This document shows, piece by piece, positions 46,545 to 59,200 of a stretch of DNA of 64,000 bases. The position numbers were made by a program, and so were the translations under genes. The notes below the pieces were generated by a model. That model was not told where the DNA came from and ran no database searches. It was given only the letters and a program-made list of their open reading frames with translations. The DNA is from Isurus oxyrinchus (lineage: Eukaryota), in the NCBI GenBank assembly GCA_026770705.1, contig JANJGN010000026.1, forward strand, positions 32,922,001 through 32,986,000, read 5' to 3'. Each line of letters starts with the position of its first letter. The first letter of the stretch is position 1.

Positions 46545-49500
46545 CTCTGGAACAGGGAATGACTCTGGAACAGGGACTGATGCACAGTCACTGGCAACTG
46601 AGAGCCAAGTGGACCAGACCATGAAACTTGCAACTGATGTCTCCACACGAGAGACACAGGAATTTAAGGATCCCAGACTATAAACACCTTATCTCTGCTG
46701 TCTTAACCACACCATAACAGGAAGCCAGAATGATCCCTTCCTGCCAAAGATGGAGGAACATGAGTGCACCACACACTGGCACTTTCTGAACACGACAATA
46801 AAAGGATGAGTGCTCACACCACAATGTTACGTAGTTTACATACAGTCTCTCTACACCTAAACACCTTCCATCACCACCTGCTCTGAGTTTAGTTGTTGTG
46901 TTCCTTACTGAAGTTCCCACTTCCTGGCACCCAAGCTAGTGTCCTCAGAACTAAATGCAACCCTTGATCATTGTGCCACCACGAAATGCAACGTATGGGT
47001 CATGTGCAGATGAGCAGAAAGACATTAGCCCAAACCTAAAGGTGGCAGGTCCCTTACTTTCCATTCATTCATGGCTGGCATTTTTTGCCCTTCCCTCATT
47101 TCCCCTTGAGAAGATGATGGGGATTTACTTTCTTGAATACCACTGAGTGACTTGCTGGTCCATTGCAGAGGGAAGATAGGAGTGAACCACATTGCTGTGG
47201 TTCTGGAATCACATGCAGGCCAGACCGGGTAAAGATGGCAGATTTCCTTCCCTAAAGGGCATTAGTGAACCAGATGGGTTTTTACAACAAGAATGATAGT
47301 ATCATGATCACTGTTACTTCCAGATTTATTTAATGAACCTAATTTAAATTCCTTCCTGCCACGGTGGGATTTGAACTCATGTCTCTTGATTATTCATCCA
47401 GTAACATGACCACAAGGCTACTGTTCAACTCAACAGAGTTGATAAGATGGTAATAAAAGCATATGGGTTCCTTGAGTTTATAAAAGGAGGCACAGAATAT
47501 AAAGCAACGTGATTGTACTAGATCTTGCATGACTGTTCTTTCAGAGAGCCAGCACAGTCACAATGGGCCAAATGGCCATCTTCTGTGCTCTAAATTAATG
47601 GCAACGCAAGCCTTTTCTTCTCCTTAATCCACTCTTTGACGGCATAATGCCTAGAAGCAGTGAATATACTGAGAAATATACGCGATTATCCTAATTCCCG
47701 TTTGGGTAGAGATGTGACCTCCGTCCTTGTCTTACTTTACAGATCGTGATGGAAAGCTCAACTCTTTATGGACCTCTAATCATGCACACTTTGCAAGATG
47801 ATTCAGCAAAGCTGTCTAAGAAACGAGATGGTGCCTGAAAAAAATGCCACATGCCAATCTGTCCACCATCAAGTTAGAATTTGAGACAATAGGCGATCAG
47901 TTTTTTTTAAAAATTAGTTCACAGGATGTGGGCTTCGTTGGCTGGGCCAGCATTTATTGCCCATCCCTAATTTCCTCTTGAGAAGGTGGTGGTGAGCTGC
48001 CTTCTTGAACCGCTGCAGTCCATGTGGTGTAGGTACATCCACAGTGCTGTTAGGGAGGGAGTTCCAGGGTTTTGACTCATCAACAGTGAAGGGGCAGCGA
48101 TATGTTTCCAAGTCAGGATTTCCCCCCTGGCTGGAGAGGCAGAACTTGGTGGTGGTGGGGGAGGAGGGGGGTGGGGTGCAGTCTCAGGATAAAGGCTTGA
48201 CAATTTTGGACCGAGATGAGGAGAAACTTCTTCGCTCAGAGCATTGTGAACTTTTGGAATTCCCTGCCCCAGAAAACTGTGCATGCTCAGTCGTTGAGTA
48301 TATTCAGGACTGAGATTGATACATTTTTGGATATTAAGGGATATGGGGATATGTCGGACGAAGAAGTGGAGTGAGCTAGAAGATCAGCTACGATCTTACT
48401 GAATGGCAGAGCTGGCCCGAGGGGCTGAATATTCTCCTTCTGCTCCAAGCTGGCCCCTTCTTGCCTAATAATCTACTGTCTGACAGATTAAAGTTCGCCA
48501 TTCAGTAGAACCTTAGCAGTGCTTTCAGCTAAATTGTACAGTGACACACTAAACTCAGGAGCATCTTGGGGGATGAACCATTTGAACCATTTCATTAAGT
48601 AAAATTCGTGAATCATTAAGTGCCAGTCAATGACAATTGCCAACAAGAGAGAATCTAACCATCTCCCGTTGATGTTCATTGACATTACCATCACTGAATC
48701 CCCCACTATCAACATCCTGGGAGGTTACCTTTGACCAGAAACTGAACGGGACCAGCCATATAAATACTGTAGCTATGAGAGCTACAGATTGGGGATTCTC
48801 AGGTGAGCAACTCACCTCCCGACTCTCCAAAGCCTGTCCACTATCTACTAGGCACTAGTCAGGAGTGTGATGGAATACTCTTCACTTGCCTGTATGAGTG
48901 CAGCTCCCACAGCACACAAGAAGCTCGACAGCATCCAGGGCAAAGCAGCCCGTTTGAATGGCACCACATCCAAAAACATTCACTCGCTCCACCAGAGACG
49001 CACAGTGGCAACCCACCAAATACTTCGACAGTACGTCCCAAACCTGCAACCTGCACCGCCTCGAAAGACAAGGACAGGAGATATATGGGAACTCCACCAC
49101 CTGGAAGTTCTCCTCCACGTCACATATCATCCTGACTTGGAATTATATCGCCGTTCCTTCACTATCTCTGGAACTCTCTCCCTAACAACACTGTGGGTGT
49201 ACATACACTACAGGGACTGCAGCTGTTCAAGAAGACAGCTCACCACCACCTCCTCAAGGGCAATTAGGGATGGGCAATAAATGAAAGAATTAAAAAAACA
49301 GTTTTACATCAGGACAAACTATTTTTAATTTTCAAAAAAAAGTTTTTAATTTTAACTATACAAATTCCTAGCCCTGTGTATATATATTTAGAGGATTAGG
49401 GTACAAAACGTCATACATTAATAGAGACAATTAGAAGATGGCCAGTAATCATTGATCCATCCCAATAATTTCTTAGTTCCACAGGAAGGTGGTTTGCATG

Positions 49501-49604
49501 GAGCAGATCAAAGGTAAGAAGCAATTCTTTTGAAGAGAATTAGCTGCTTAATGCCAACTGGAGAAGACAGGGCCTCAGTTTCATATGTCATCCAATTGTC
49601 ATCC

Positions 49605-50030
49605 CTCTGACAGTGCAGCATTCCCTCAGTACTCACCCTCCGACAGGGTAGCACTCCCTCATTACTGACTCTCCGGCAGTGCTGCACTCCCTCAGTACTG
49701 ACCCTCCAACAGTGCAGCATTCCCTCGGTACTCAACTTCTGACAGTGCTGCACTCCCTCAGTACTGACGCTCCGACAGGACAGCGCTTCCTCAGAACTGA
49801 CCCTCCAATAGTGCAGCGCTCCCTTATCACTGACCCTCCAACAGTGCAGCGCTCCCTCAGTGCTGACCCTGTGACAGTGCAGCACTCCCACAGTACTGGA
49901 CCTCTGACAGTGCAGACGATCCTCAGTACTGACCCTCTGACAGTGCAGATGATCCTCAGTCCTGATCCTCTGACAGGGCAGCACTCTCTCAGTACTGGCC
50001 CACTGACAGGGCAGCATACCTTCAGTACTG
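49605..50030. repeat. ~33-bp minisatellite (cagtgcagcactccctcagtactgaccctc)
   Basis: About 13 units. Confidence 0.92.
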
Positions 50031-50519
50031 GCACTAGGGAGTGTGAGCCTTGATGTTGTGATCAAGTCTTTGGCGTGGGACTACAGATCTTTTAATACCC
50101 TTTTAATTCAGGGGTGAGATTGCTACCCCCTGCTCCCCGACTACTATTTAACTGTTGTGTCCCAATGGGTGGCCATTTCCCTTAACCATTATCATGTCTA
50201 AGTGGATGCAACATTTCACAGCTGGTTTCTGAGTTAAGTTAGTCACTTTGGATGTCCCTTTGCTTCCATTAACCAATAATTGGCTCAATTATAATTGACT
50301 CAATGAGATGGTGGAGATGTTAGATAATAAATATTCTAAGAGGTGACAATGAGTCAATGGAAACTGGGCTGCACCTTTTTCAAATTGACATAGCTGCTTC
50401 AGTTAAGTAGTCAGAAGAGATCAATTAGCATTATATAAAAGCTGTGGGAGCATTTGGCATAGTTATGTGATTGGGTAGATATTCAGCTAGGTAAGTGGAT
50501 GATGGGTCTTCAGTTGAAG

Positions 50520-51020
50520 ACAAACAGGAAATGCTGGGAGCAATCAGCAGACTGGGTACTATCTGTGGTGAGAAAGGAGAAAATCAAGTGGAGTTAATGT
50601 TTCAGGTTGATGCCCTTTTATCAGAACTGAGTAAAGTTAGAAATGGAATAGATTTTCAGTAAGTGATGATGATTGTTTTCAAAATTGAAATGTAAGTGAT
50701 TGAAGGATGAGAGGTTCCATGGTGTGATGTCAAGGGCATTAGTTTTGGGATAAGTAAAGAAACAAAATGTGTCTATAGGTGTGAATGGCAGAATATTTAA
50801 GAACAGCTATTGTCTGAATGCTTAAAAGTAAGTGAAATTAGCAAAAGAAACAAAATTGGGGCAGAGATTAGTATGAAATTGTTGAACTTTGAAGGCTGTA
50901 GGTAGTGTCTGATTTGGGAGATGAAGTACTGTTTCTTGGGCTTCACTGGAATAGTGGAGCAGGCTGAGGACAGAAGTTGGAATGAGAGCAAGGTAGAGAA
51001 TTAAAATGGCTGGTAACAGT
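50520..51020 (-). mobile_element. Old Penelope-like 3' remnant
   Basis: LQPSKFNNF resembles the PLE ORF end LQPSGLNIEFNNF; decayed tail. Confidence 0.55.
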
Positions 51021-54000
51021 TGTTGTGAGCTATTGAGGAAAAGAACCCATTATTTCCCCCTCATCTCTTGGTCATAGCACTACTATCTGTTTTTAGCATG
51101 CTTGTTACTTCTGTGGTGAGTGAGGAACCTAAAGCTCTTGAAGCAAAATTCTCTGTGTTTTTAGCAATTTGAATTGCTGAGCAGATCCTCGTCTGTCCTT
51201 CCACTAAACAAATTAGGGAGACTGTTTCCTGTGAGCTCAGACTTTTCCAAAACCATTAAAGTTTCTTCGTGAATGATTCATGGAATAACATGTCCAAGAG
51301 GAAGAAGGCTATTTGTGCTCTTTGAAAGAGATATTTTTTGTCCTGTGTGACTGGTAGCGCAGAGCTGATCCTCCTTTAATATGGCTAATGTTCATTGGAG
51401 CTGTTGGCCTCCAGCCTAAACCAGAAAGCTGATTTGAAATTGAAATAGAACTGGTTTGTGGGAGAGGGAAGGTGATGTGTGTCTGCAATTAATTTCTAGT
51501 CCCTTTTTTTTTTTTAGCACTATGTAATCTCTCAGTTGAATAATGCTGTCTTGGTGGAGATATGTTAAATCTAAATGTGCTAAGCACTGCAGTGATAGAT
51601 TAATCAGGCCATTGAGCAGCTTTGCACAATTAATTTGATTTAAAATGCTATTTATTTTCCTGACAAATAATGATGCTCATTAATCTGAGTTACTAGTCTA
51701 GAGTTCTGACTGAGCTGTAATGTTGTTTTCATTTACAATGAAAAATCTGACTTTGTTCTAAATTGGATATTCTGGCTTGTGTTTTTTTGAGAATCACCCA
51801 ATCATGTTCCCTAGTACTTAGCTTTTAGTTGCTGACTGGGGTCTTTAAACATATGATTGTGATTATAATAGGTTTCCACTTGTCGGGGGAGACCAGATCT
51901 AGGGATCATCAATATAAGATTGTCACTAATCCAGTGGGGAGTTCAGGAGGAACTTTTCCCAGAGAGTGTGGAACTCGCTCTCACAGGGAGTGGTTGAGGT
52001 GAATAGTGTAAATGTATTTATCCATCATTCCCCTTTTAAATACATTAGGAAAATGGGAATAGAGAGGTATACTGAGTTAGGTGGGAAGAGACTTGAGTGG
52101 AGCATTACCACTCGTGTGGGAAGGAGGGGTTGTTAATATCTTGTTTCCAAGAAAATATTGATTGATATATTCTCTAGATTCACAATGATTCCTAGGATGA
52201 AGAACTGTAGCTATAAGGATAAGCTGGGACTCTCTTGGACAAAATAAGGCTGAGAAGAGACTAGATGAGAGATTCAAGATCCTGAGGGGTATGGACAGGG
52301 TAAATAGTGAGAAACTGTTCCCACTCAAGAGAACATCAAGAACTAGAGGGCACGGATTCAAACGAATTGTGGGAAAAGGAGCAAATGTGGTGAGGAAAAC
52401 CTTTTCACCCGGAGGGTGGTTGGTGTCTGGAATGAACTTCCTGAAAGGGCGGTGGAGACAAGTTCAACCGAGCTATTCAAAGGGGAATTGGATTGCTCAC
52501 TGAAAAGTGTGCGAGGTTATAGGGATAAGGCAGAGGAGTGGGACTAGGCAGAATTCTTTCAGAGAGCCAGTGCAGACACAATGGGCCAGGTGTCATCTTG
52601 CACTGTAAAGACACTTGGCATTGTATCATAGTATTTCTTGGATTGATGTGCAAATCAAAAGGTGGAATTTGAATGGTTTGTTTAGTTCTGTGCTGTCAGA
52701 ATTGACTTCCTCTGGTCAATGACCCTGAGAGCCTGCTTGAGGTCTTTTGAAGAAATGATTTACCTGCACACTAACATAGACAACTGGTCATAGAGGGTCC
52801 TGTGCCTTGCAGTTGTCCTCTCTACATCTGAGTAGAGATGGGTTTGGTTGACTGACTTCTTACATATGGGAAATGCTTCCATTAGATATAATTAATCCTG
52901 CGTTTATTTGCACTGCCGTCCAGCTCAATGCTGGACCATCACCGTTGACCATCTGCAGGCTAAATAGTTTCTGCATTTGTACAGCATGGGGAGGACATTC
53001 AGCCTGTCCTGCAGGTACTGACCCATATCTGATTAGTTCTGCTCTTGTGTGACCCTGTAGCCTTAAAGTTCCACAAATAGGAATATTCATTTTAGAATCT
53101 TCTGCCATCATTTCACAACTGTTTAAAAATAAAACTTTCTCGTGTCGCTGCAGCTTTTTCAGCAATCCCCGTTTAAAATCTAACTCTGCTTCCGTTCAAC
53201 GGTTTGTGATATTTTTTGACAACCTCAATGTCGTCTTAAGCTTCTCCATGCTTAAGAGAGCAATCCCAGCTTTTCCTTTTTTTTTACCTGTACGATGAAA
53301 AGCTGATGATACCAAGGCCTGGGAACAGATTTTAGCTAAGATGGGGTGTGTGGGGCAGAAGGAAGGGGGTGGAAGAGTAGTGTGAACTTTTTTTAACACT
53401 GAGGTAGTGCCCGTGAGAGGTGGTGGAAGCAGAGGTGATGAATGATTTCAAAAGTAGTGGCATTTTTGCCCCAAGCCTCAGTTTTGATGTCATCCAATTT
53501 TTATTAACCACTCCACAGCAAACTCGAGGGTGGAATCGGAGGAGTAGTTTATTTTACATGTACAAAACAGGAAGGAGTGTTTGCCACACAACACCCCCCT
53601 CCCCAGCCACTTTTACATTCATACAAGATGGATAAAGGAAGAAATACAGGGTCATGACCACAGAAAATATTATTTCACTGGAGTCCAGAATCCAAGGTCC
53701 AATGAAATATTCTTTTGATAGTCGGCAGATTGAAGATTAATGCTGGATAATTCAATTTTCCAGTGCGTGGAACTTCCATGATGAGATCAGCACATGGAGA
53801 TAAATTAGTCTTGTAAGTGCTGGTACAGTACGTTCCAGTAGAAACAGTGTAGATGGGGACCAGGGCAATTTAAACTTGGACACAGTCCTGGCTCTGCTGC
53901 CACTTGCTCTTTGGAAGATAGCAATCTGCTTTGCAGCTCCACAAGGCAGAGTAACTGGTTCTCCCAGCTACAGTGGGGGGAATCATGTGAAATGACTCCC

Positions 54001-54973
54001 ACTTCTCCACTTTGGTTTGGACAAAGGATTTATATTCCTTAGTCTGGATTCTTGATGGTTAATGTTTCAATCATTAATCATTTCCAAGAGGTTTTGGGAT
54101 CCTTTGAATTATTGGACTGGTCATCTCTGTTGGCCAGGCCTTGACCTTGGAAATGTAATTGGTCTTTGTACAATTCCCTTGGATTTGATCTCTGCAGTCA
54201 CAATAATCATTATTATCTCTTCAGAGATAATGAGCTGGCAGCTGTTCTCAATGCCAGGAAGTACCTTTTGTTTGAGTCAGCCAGCAATGGCTCCAGTCAT
54301 TTGAAAGCCTTTATCCTGTTTTAAAATATGTAATTTAGCTATAATTTTTATAAGAAAATAGTGAGGTCTTGGCTACAGGACAGCAGAATGTGCAGGACTA
54401 CAAGGTAATGGCACTAGCTGAATTGCTCAGTTGACAGAGCGAATGGCCTCCTTGTGTGACGAATCTTGCCGTTGTATCTAGCAGACCAGCACGCAAAGGA
54501 TTAAAATCAGGCCTCCATCTATACAAAGTGACATGTCTGTTTCCTCGAGGCCTGAGAAAAAGGTGCCTTCACTCAATTGGCCTTGAGTTAATTTTTTTAT
54601 TCATTCATGGGGCGTGGGTGTCAGAATTAACAGCATGTAGGCCAGACCAGGTAAGGACAGCAGCAGATTTCCTTCCCGAAAGGGTATTAGTGAACCAGAT
54701 GGATTCATGGCCATCGCTAGATTTTTAGTTCCAGGTATTTGTTGAATTCTAATTCAACAATCTGCCATGACAGGATTCGAACCCGGGCCCATAGAACATT
54801 GCCCTGTGCCTCTGGATTACTATGCCGCACTTCCACTCCCCCTTTCCTCCAACGTGTTTATGGGTCTTAGAAACGGAAGGAGGACTCTTGGAGCTCATCG
54901 GTGTGTTCATTCTTTGTTCTACACTGTAGATTAGATTCTAACTATGGTTTATTTTTCTCTCAGGTTTACAAGC

Positions 54974-56143
54974 ATGGATTTGGAAATTGCAGGGATTATA
55001 GGACGATTTTCAGATGCCATGAACCGTGGCGGGATATCTGAAGTGGCATCTTTGGTGAAAGCTGAGAGGAGCAGAGTGGAAAGCGTGACGGTTCATGTGG
55101 CGGTCACCGGGAGCCCGAGAGTGGGGAAGTCTGCCTTTATTAATTCCGTCATGGGTTTCGAGGATGGCGAAGACAGCGCGGCACCCACTGGCCCCGCCCA
55201 ACAGGTGACAAAGCCAGCGGCTTACAGCCGGCCGGGAAACCCCAGCTCTGTGTTCTGGGAGCTGCCCAGCATTCGGGGACCCAGCTTCTCGTCAGACGAC
55301 TACCTGAAGGCAGTGGAGGTCGACAAGTACGTCGGCTTCTTCATCCTGTCATCGACGTGGTTCACGTGGGAGGCCGCAGCCCTTGCCAGCGAGCTCAGGC
55401 GGGTCGGAAAGCAGTTCTACTTCATCCGCACCAAGATTGACTTGGGCCCTCCTGGCTACAGGGACAAGAAGTTCATTGATGACGTCCTGCATGTTTTCAC
55501 CATCGGCCACTTTACAAACCTGGACATTGAATACGCGACTGCTCGCTTCTTCTGTGTCTCCTGCCACCACGCTGACAGGTTTGACTTTCTGGAGTGTGTC
55601 CAGGCTCTGCAGAGAAATTCCTCGCCTCCACTCCAGAAACACGCCCTGCTGCTCTCCCTGCACTACCTGGCCAACAAGATGGAGCTGAAGGACTCTATGA
55701 GGGAGTTCATTCCGTTGTCAGCAGTTTACAGCTGCGTCATCGACCCCGTCCCTGTCGAGCAGCTGCCTTACCAGGCCAATGTCCACTTTCTGTATGACGA
55801 GATCCGGCTTTACCGCGTCCTGTTCGAGCTGGACTACCCGGCCTTGAGCAAAAGGGCCAAGCTGATTCGCCAGCCGACCTTTGTCCTCTCGGATGAGATC
55901 CAGACCACTATGGCGAAGATACTGACAGAGAAATGCATCTCGGAGGAGCTGCTGAAGTGGACGGAGATGAACGCGCCGGTCTCCCACAGCTATGTGAAGT
56001 GGATTCCCTTTCTCGAGACCCTGCCCGGAGGGAAGCTGTCTGGGGCTTCCACCATCTGCTTGTTGGATACCATGCTGCAGAAGTTTTCGGACGATGCCTA
56101 CCGGATTCAGAGGAAAATGGAGGATGTACTGAAGGGTAAATAA
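54974..56143 (+). CDS. Immunity-related (interferon-inducible, p47/IRG family) GTPase-like protein, single coding exon
   Basis: Acceptor tttttctctcag|54964 and ATG at 54974. Motifs VAVTGSPRVGKSAFINS (G1), AAPTG, FWELPS (G3 variant), FYFIRTKID (G4), FFCVS...FDF; CpG/GC3-rich coding composition; 389 codons without a stop. AATAAA at 57313. Confidence 0.9.
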   Translation: MDLEIAGIIGRFSDAMNRGGISEVASLVKAERSRVESVTVHVAVTGSPRVGKSAFINSVMGFEDGEDSAAPTGPAQQVTKPAAYSRPGNPSSVFWELPSIRGPSFSSDDYLKAVEVDKYVGFFILSSTWFTWEAAALASELRRVGKQFYFIRTKIDLGPPGYRDKKFIDDVLHVFTIGHFTNLDIEYATARFFCVSCHHADRFDFLECVQALQRNSSPPLQKHALLLSLHYLANKMELKDSMREFIPLSAVYSCVIDPVPVEQLPYQANVHFLYDEIRLYRVLFELDYPALSKRAKLIRQPTFVLSDEIQTTMAKILTEKCISEELLKWTEMNAPVSHSYVKWIPFLETLPGGKLSGASTICLLDTMLQKFSDDAYRIQRKMEDVLKGK

Positions 56144-57921
56144 CTTTGTTTGAGGCACAACAATCCAGTGGTGTTTGGTACAAATGAAGGGAGACGAAAC
56201 CTCAACTTCAGTATCAAAGGCCAATGTTGGTATCCTCTGGTGGGTGACGTGGCTTAATTCCCTATTCTTTTCCTCCAGAGTCTGCAATGTAACCTTGTTG
56301 CAGAGGCTTTCAATGCTCTGCCAGTCCAAGATTGTTAATGCACAATGCCTTCTCTTCAAGTACAAAACATATCCACTTCATCCCAAGACCTTCACCTGTC
56401 ACACTACTGAATGAGATTGGCTTTCGGATGAAATTCTACTTGGCAGTGCACATGGGCATGGGCTAAAATTGAAGGCTAGGCACTACAAGACTCGTATTTC
56501 ACTGCAGCTGGTAGCTACCATGCTAGGTGGGTGTGAAGTTTCGTCTAAGCACATTACTGCAACCCTCCAGCTGTTGTCAATGCAACATTATTGACTGACC
56601 CTCCATTTTGTCTGAGCAAAATAACCCAGATGTGTTGTAATTTTAAGCTGTTGTTCATCCAAGTGTTAATACAATATTGGGATCATCTCTTCTATCCTTC
56701 ACATATTAAAAGTAGCAATACCTCTTGTAGATGTTGTAATAGTAAACACCATCATGAAACAGCCAAAGACCATCCTTGGAAGCCCTAGTGTAGATTGAAT
56801 TGCTGACTCTCCACTTTTAAACGTGATGGGCGTGTTATTCTTGACTTAAACCTGAGTCCAGTGTGGTTGTCGAGCAGTTGGGAATATGATGCAACACTTC
56901 AATTTTCTTTTTTAAAAATTGAACCTTTGTTTCAAGCACATCAACACTACTTGAGACCAATATTTGGGCAGAATGGCTGACTGTTGATGGCATGGCTTTG
57001 TTTTCCTCTCCTTCCAGCAGGAGGAGATATTGGAAACTTGTCACTGCAGGGGGAGTTGGTGAGTGAAAGGCCAGGATTCAAAGGAAATGGCAAGTGTGTG
57101 CAAAAGAAATGGAAGTTGTGATTTCTGAGCAATGCAAGTTAACATTTTTTTGCTGAAAATGTAAACAAAGCTGTTTCTTGTACAGATTACAGCTGAGTTG
57201 AGTATTTTATTTCACAAATGGAATGCTATGGGAGTGTCAATTCACAACTTAACGTTTCAGTCTATTTCCAATTGGTAACTGAACTCCCTAGTTATTTGAG
57301 AGTTCAGAATTTAATAAAATTATTGTACAGTGACCATTATCTGAGTTTCTAAAGTAGCTTTAGTGAAGGGTTTAACTGCAGTTGACTTAAATATTTAAAA
57401 AGAATTTCAACATTTTGTTAACTGCTGCATGCAACCTGTTTGTCATCCACTTTATCATTTTCCTGTTCAAGAATTTCCTGTAAATACTGTTTTCATAATT
57501 GGGTTTGTATATGGGTCATAAAAGACTTTTGTATTGGAGCTGTCTGTCACCTGTGAGGAATTGATTTATTAAAATGAATAGCTTATGCAATTTATCCTGG
57601 AGTCAGCTACCTTGGAATTATTTTCTGTGCTAACTGTAGTTGTTTCTGTAAAACTGGATTACATATACACACGTTCACAAACCCTGGGTAACTTTAAAAG
57701 CAATTTTTGATTTGCAGCATAATGAAGCTATTTGGCCCAAGTCTGTGCCAACTGGGATTGGTCCCTATCCTTGTAGGTTACAGCATGACACAGATTTCCA
57801 AGTGCACTTTTTTGGGGAAGTAGTGGTATTCTCACCGGGCTGGTATTCCAGAACCCCAGGGTAATGCTCTGAGGACCTCAGTTCAAATCCCAGTGGTGAA
57901 ATTTGAATTCTATTTATGTGC

Positions 57922-57954
<33 letters not shown>

Positions 57955-58949
57955 AAAACCACGTCTTGTTGTCAAGTCCCATCTGGTTCACTGACTTTTA
58001 GATGTCCTTATCCAGCCAACATGTGACTCCAGATCCACAGCAATGTGGTTGAATCTTCATGTCTGAACAAGGTCAGTTATGGATGGGCAATAAATGTTGA
58101 CCAAGCCAACGATGTCTATATCCAATAGATGTGTATGGAGTTGCTGCCATGTACACTCATGGGATGTGGGCTATGCTGGCTGGGCCAGCATTTATTACCC
58201 ATCCCTAGCCGCCCTTGAGGGTGGTAGTGAGCTGCCTTGAACAGCTGCAGTGCATGTGACACAGATACACCGCAGTGCTGTTAGGGAGTTCCAGGAGTTT
58301 GACCCAATGACAGTGAAGGAATGGCTGATATATATCCAATTCGGGATGGTGAGTGGTAATGATGGGAACACCACCAGCTGGAAGTTCCCATGTGTCTGCT
58401 GCCCTTGTCCTTCTAGATGTTGGTGGTGGTTGTGGGTTTGGAAGGTGCTGTTGAAGGGGATTTGATGAATTCCTGCAGTGCTCCTATTGATGGTAGACAC
58501 TGCTGCTACTGTCAGTGGTGGAGGGAGTGAATGTTTGTTTGTGGATGGAGTCCCAATCAAGCGGGGCTGCTTTGTCCTGGATCGTGTCGAGCTTCGAGTG
58601 TTTGAGGGAGCTGCACTCATCCAGGCAAGTGAGGAGCATTCCATCACACTCCTGACTTGTGCCTTGCAGATAGTGGGCAGGCTTTGGAGTCAGGAGATGA
58701 GTTACTTGTCACTTGGTTCCTGGCCTCTGACCTCTCATAGCCACAGTATTTAGGGCTAGTTCAGTTTCTATGCCCATCTAATCCTTCTGCCCATGACATT
58801 AAATTTGTCTCCTGGTTGTTCCCCTCACCAAGGGGAATGTTGGTGTCCTTCAATCTGTGGGCAATGGTGGGCAGGTAACAAATAATCCATTCAGAGGGGT
58901 GTCTTCACTTGGTGTAACTTTCTCTTAAGCCAAGTCAGTTTCTGCCTCA

Positions 58950-59200
58950 GGCACGGCACCAGGCACTGCACCATGAAGCTGCCAAGTGATATTGGGGATT
59001 GTTGCCACTGGCCATTTGTGGCATAGTATGCCAACCTATAAGAATTGACTCCCAAGTGCAATTATCAATGGTTAGGGCATTCGTGTCATGGCTACAAGCA
59101 TCCTTGAACCGTTGCTTTGGTTGTCCACTAGTAATTTTGGCTCGATGTACCTTGCTACACGGAAAGTCCTTGGGAGTGTGACCATCTTCCATTGCAATAA
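58950..59200 (-). mobile_element. RTE-clade LINE 3' remnant
   Basis: MEDGHTPKD...GQPKQRFKDAC...IDNCTWE resembles an RTE ORF2 C-terminus. Confidence 0.55.

Noticed and set aside
46200-46646. 148-aa minus-strand ORF
   Set aside because: Antisense shadow of the receptor terminal exon.
49508-50065. Cys/His-periodic ORF resembling a metal-binding repeat protein
   Set aside because: Translation of a 33-bp minisatellite also present at 30668-30870.
52860-54002. Minus-strand ORFs in unique-looking sequence upstream of the IRG
   Set aside because: No recognisable domain or consistent exon structure.
55349-56365. Minus-strand and alternate-frame ORFs up to 215 aa
   Set aside because: Shadows of the GC3-rich IRG coding sequence.
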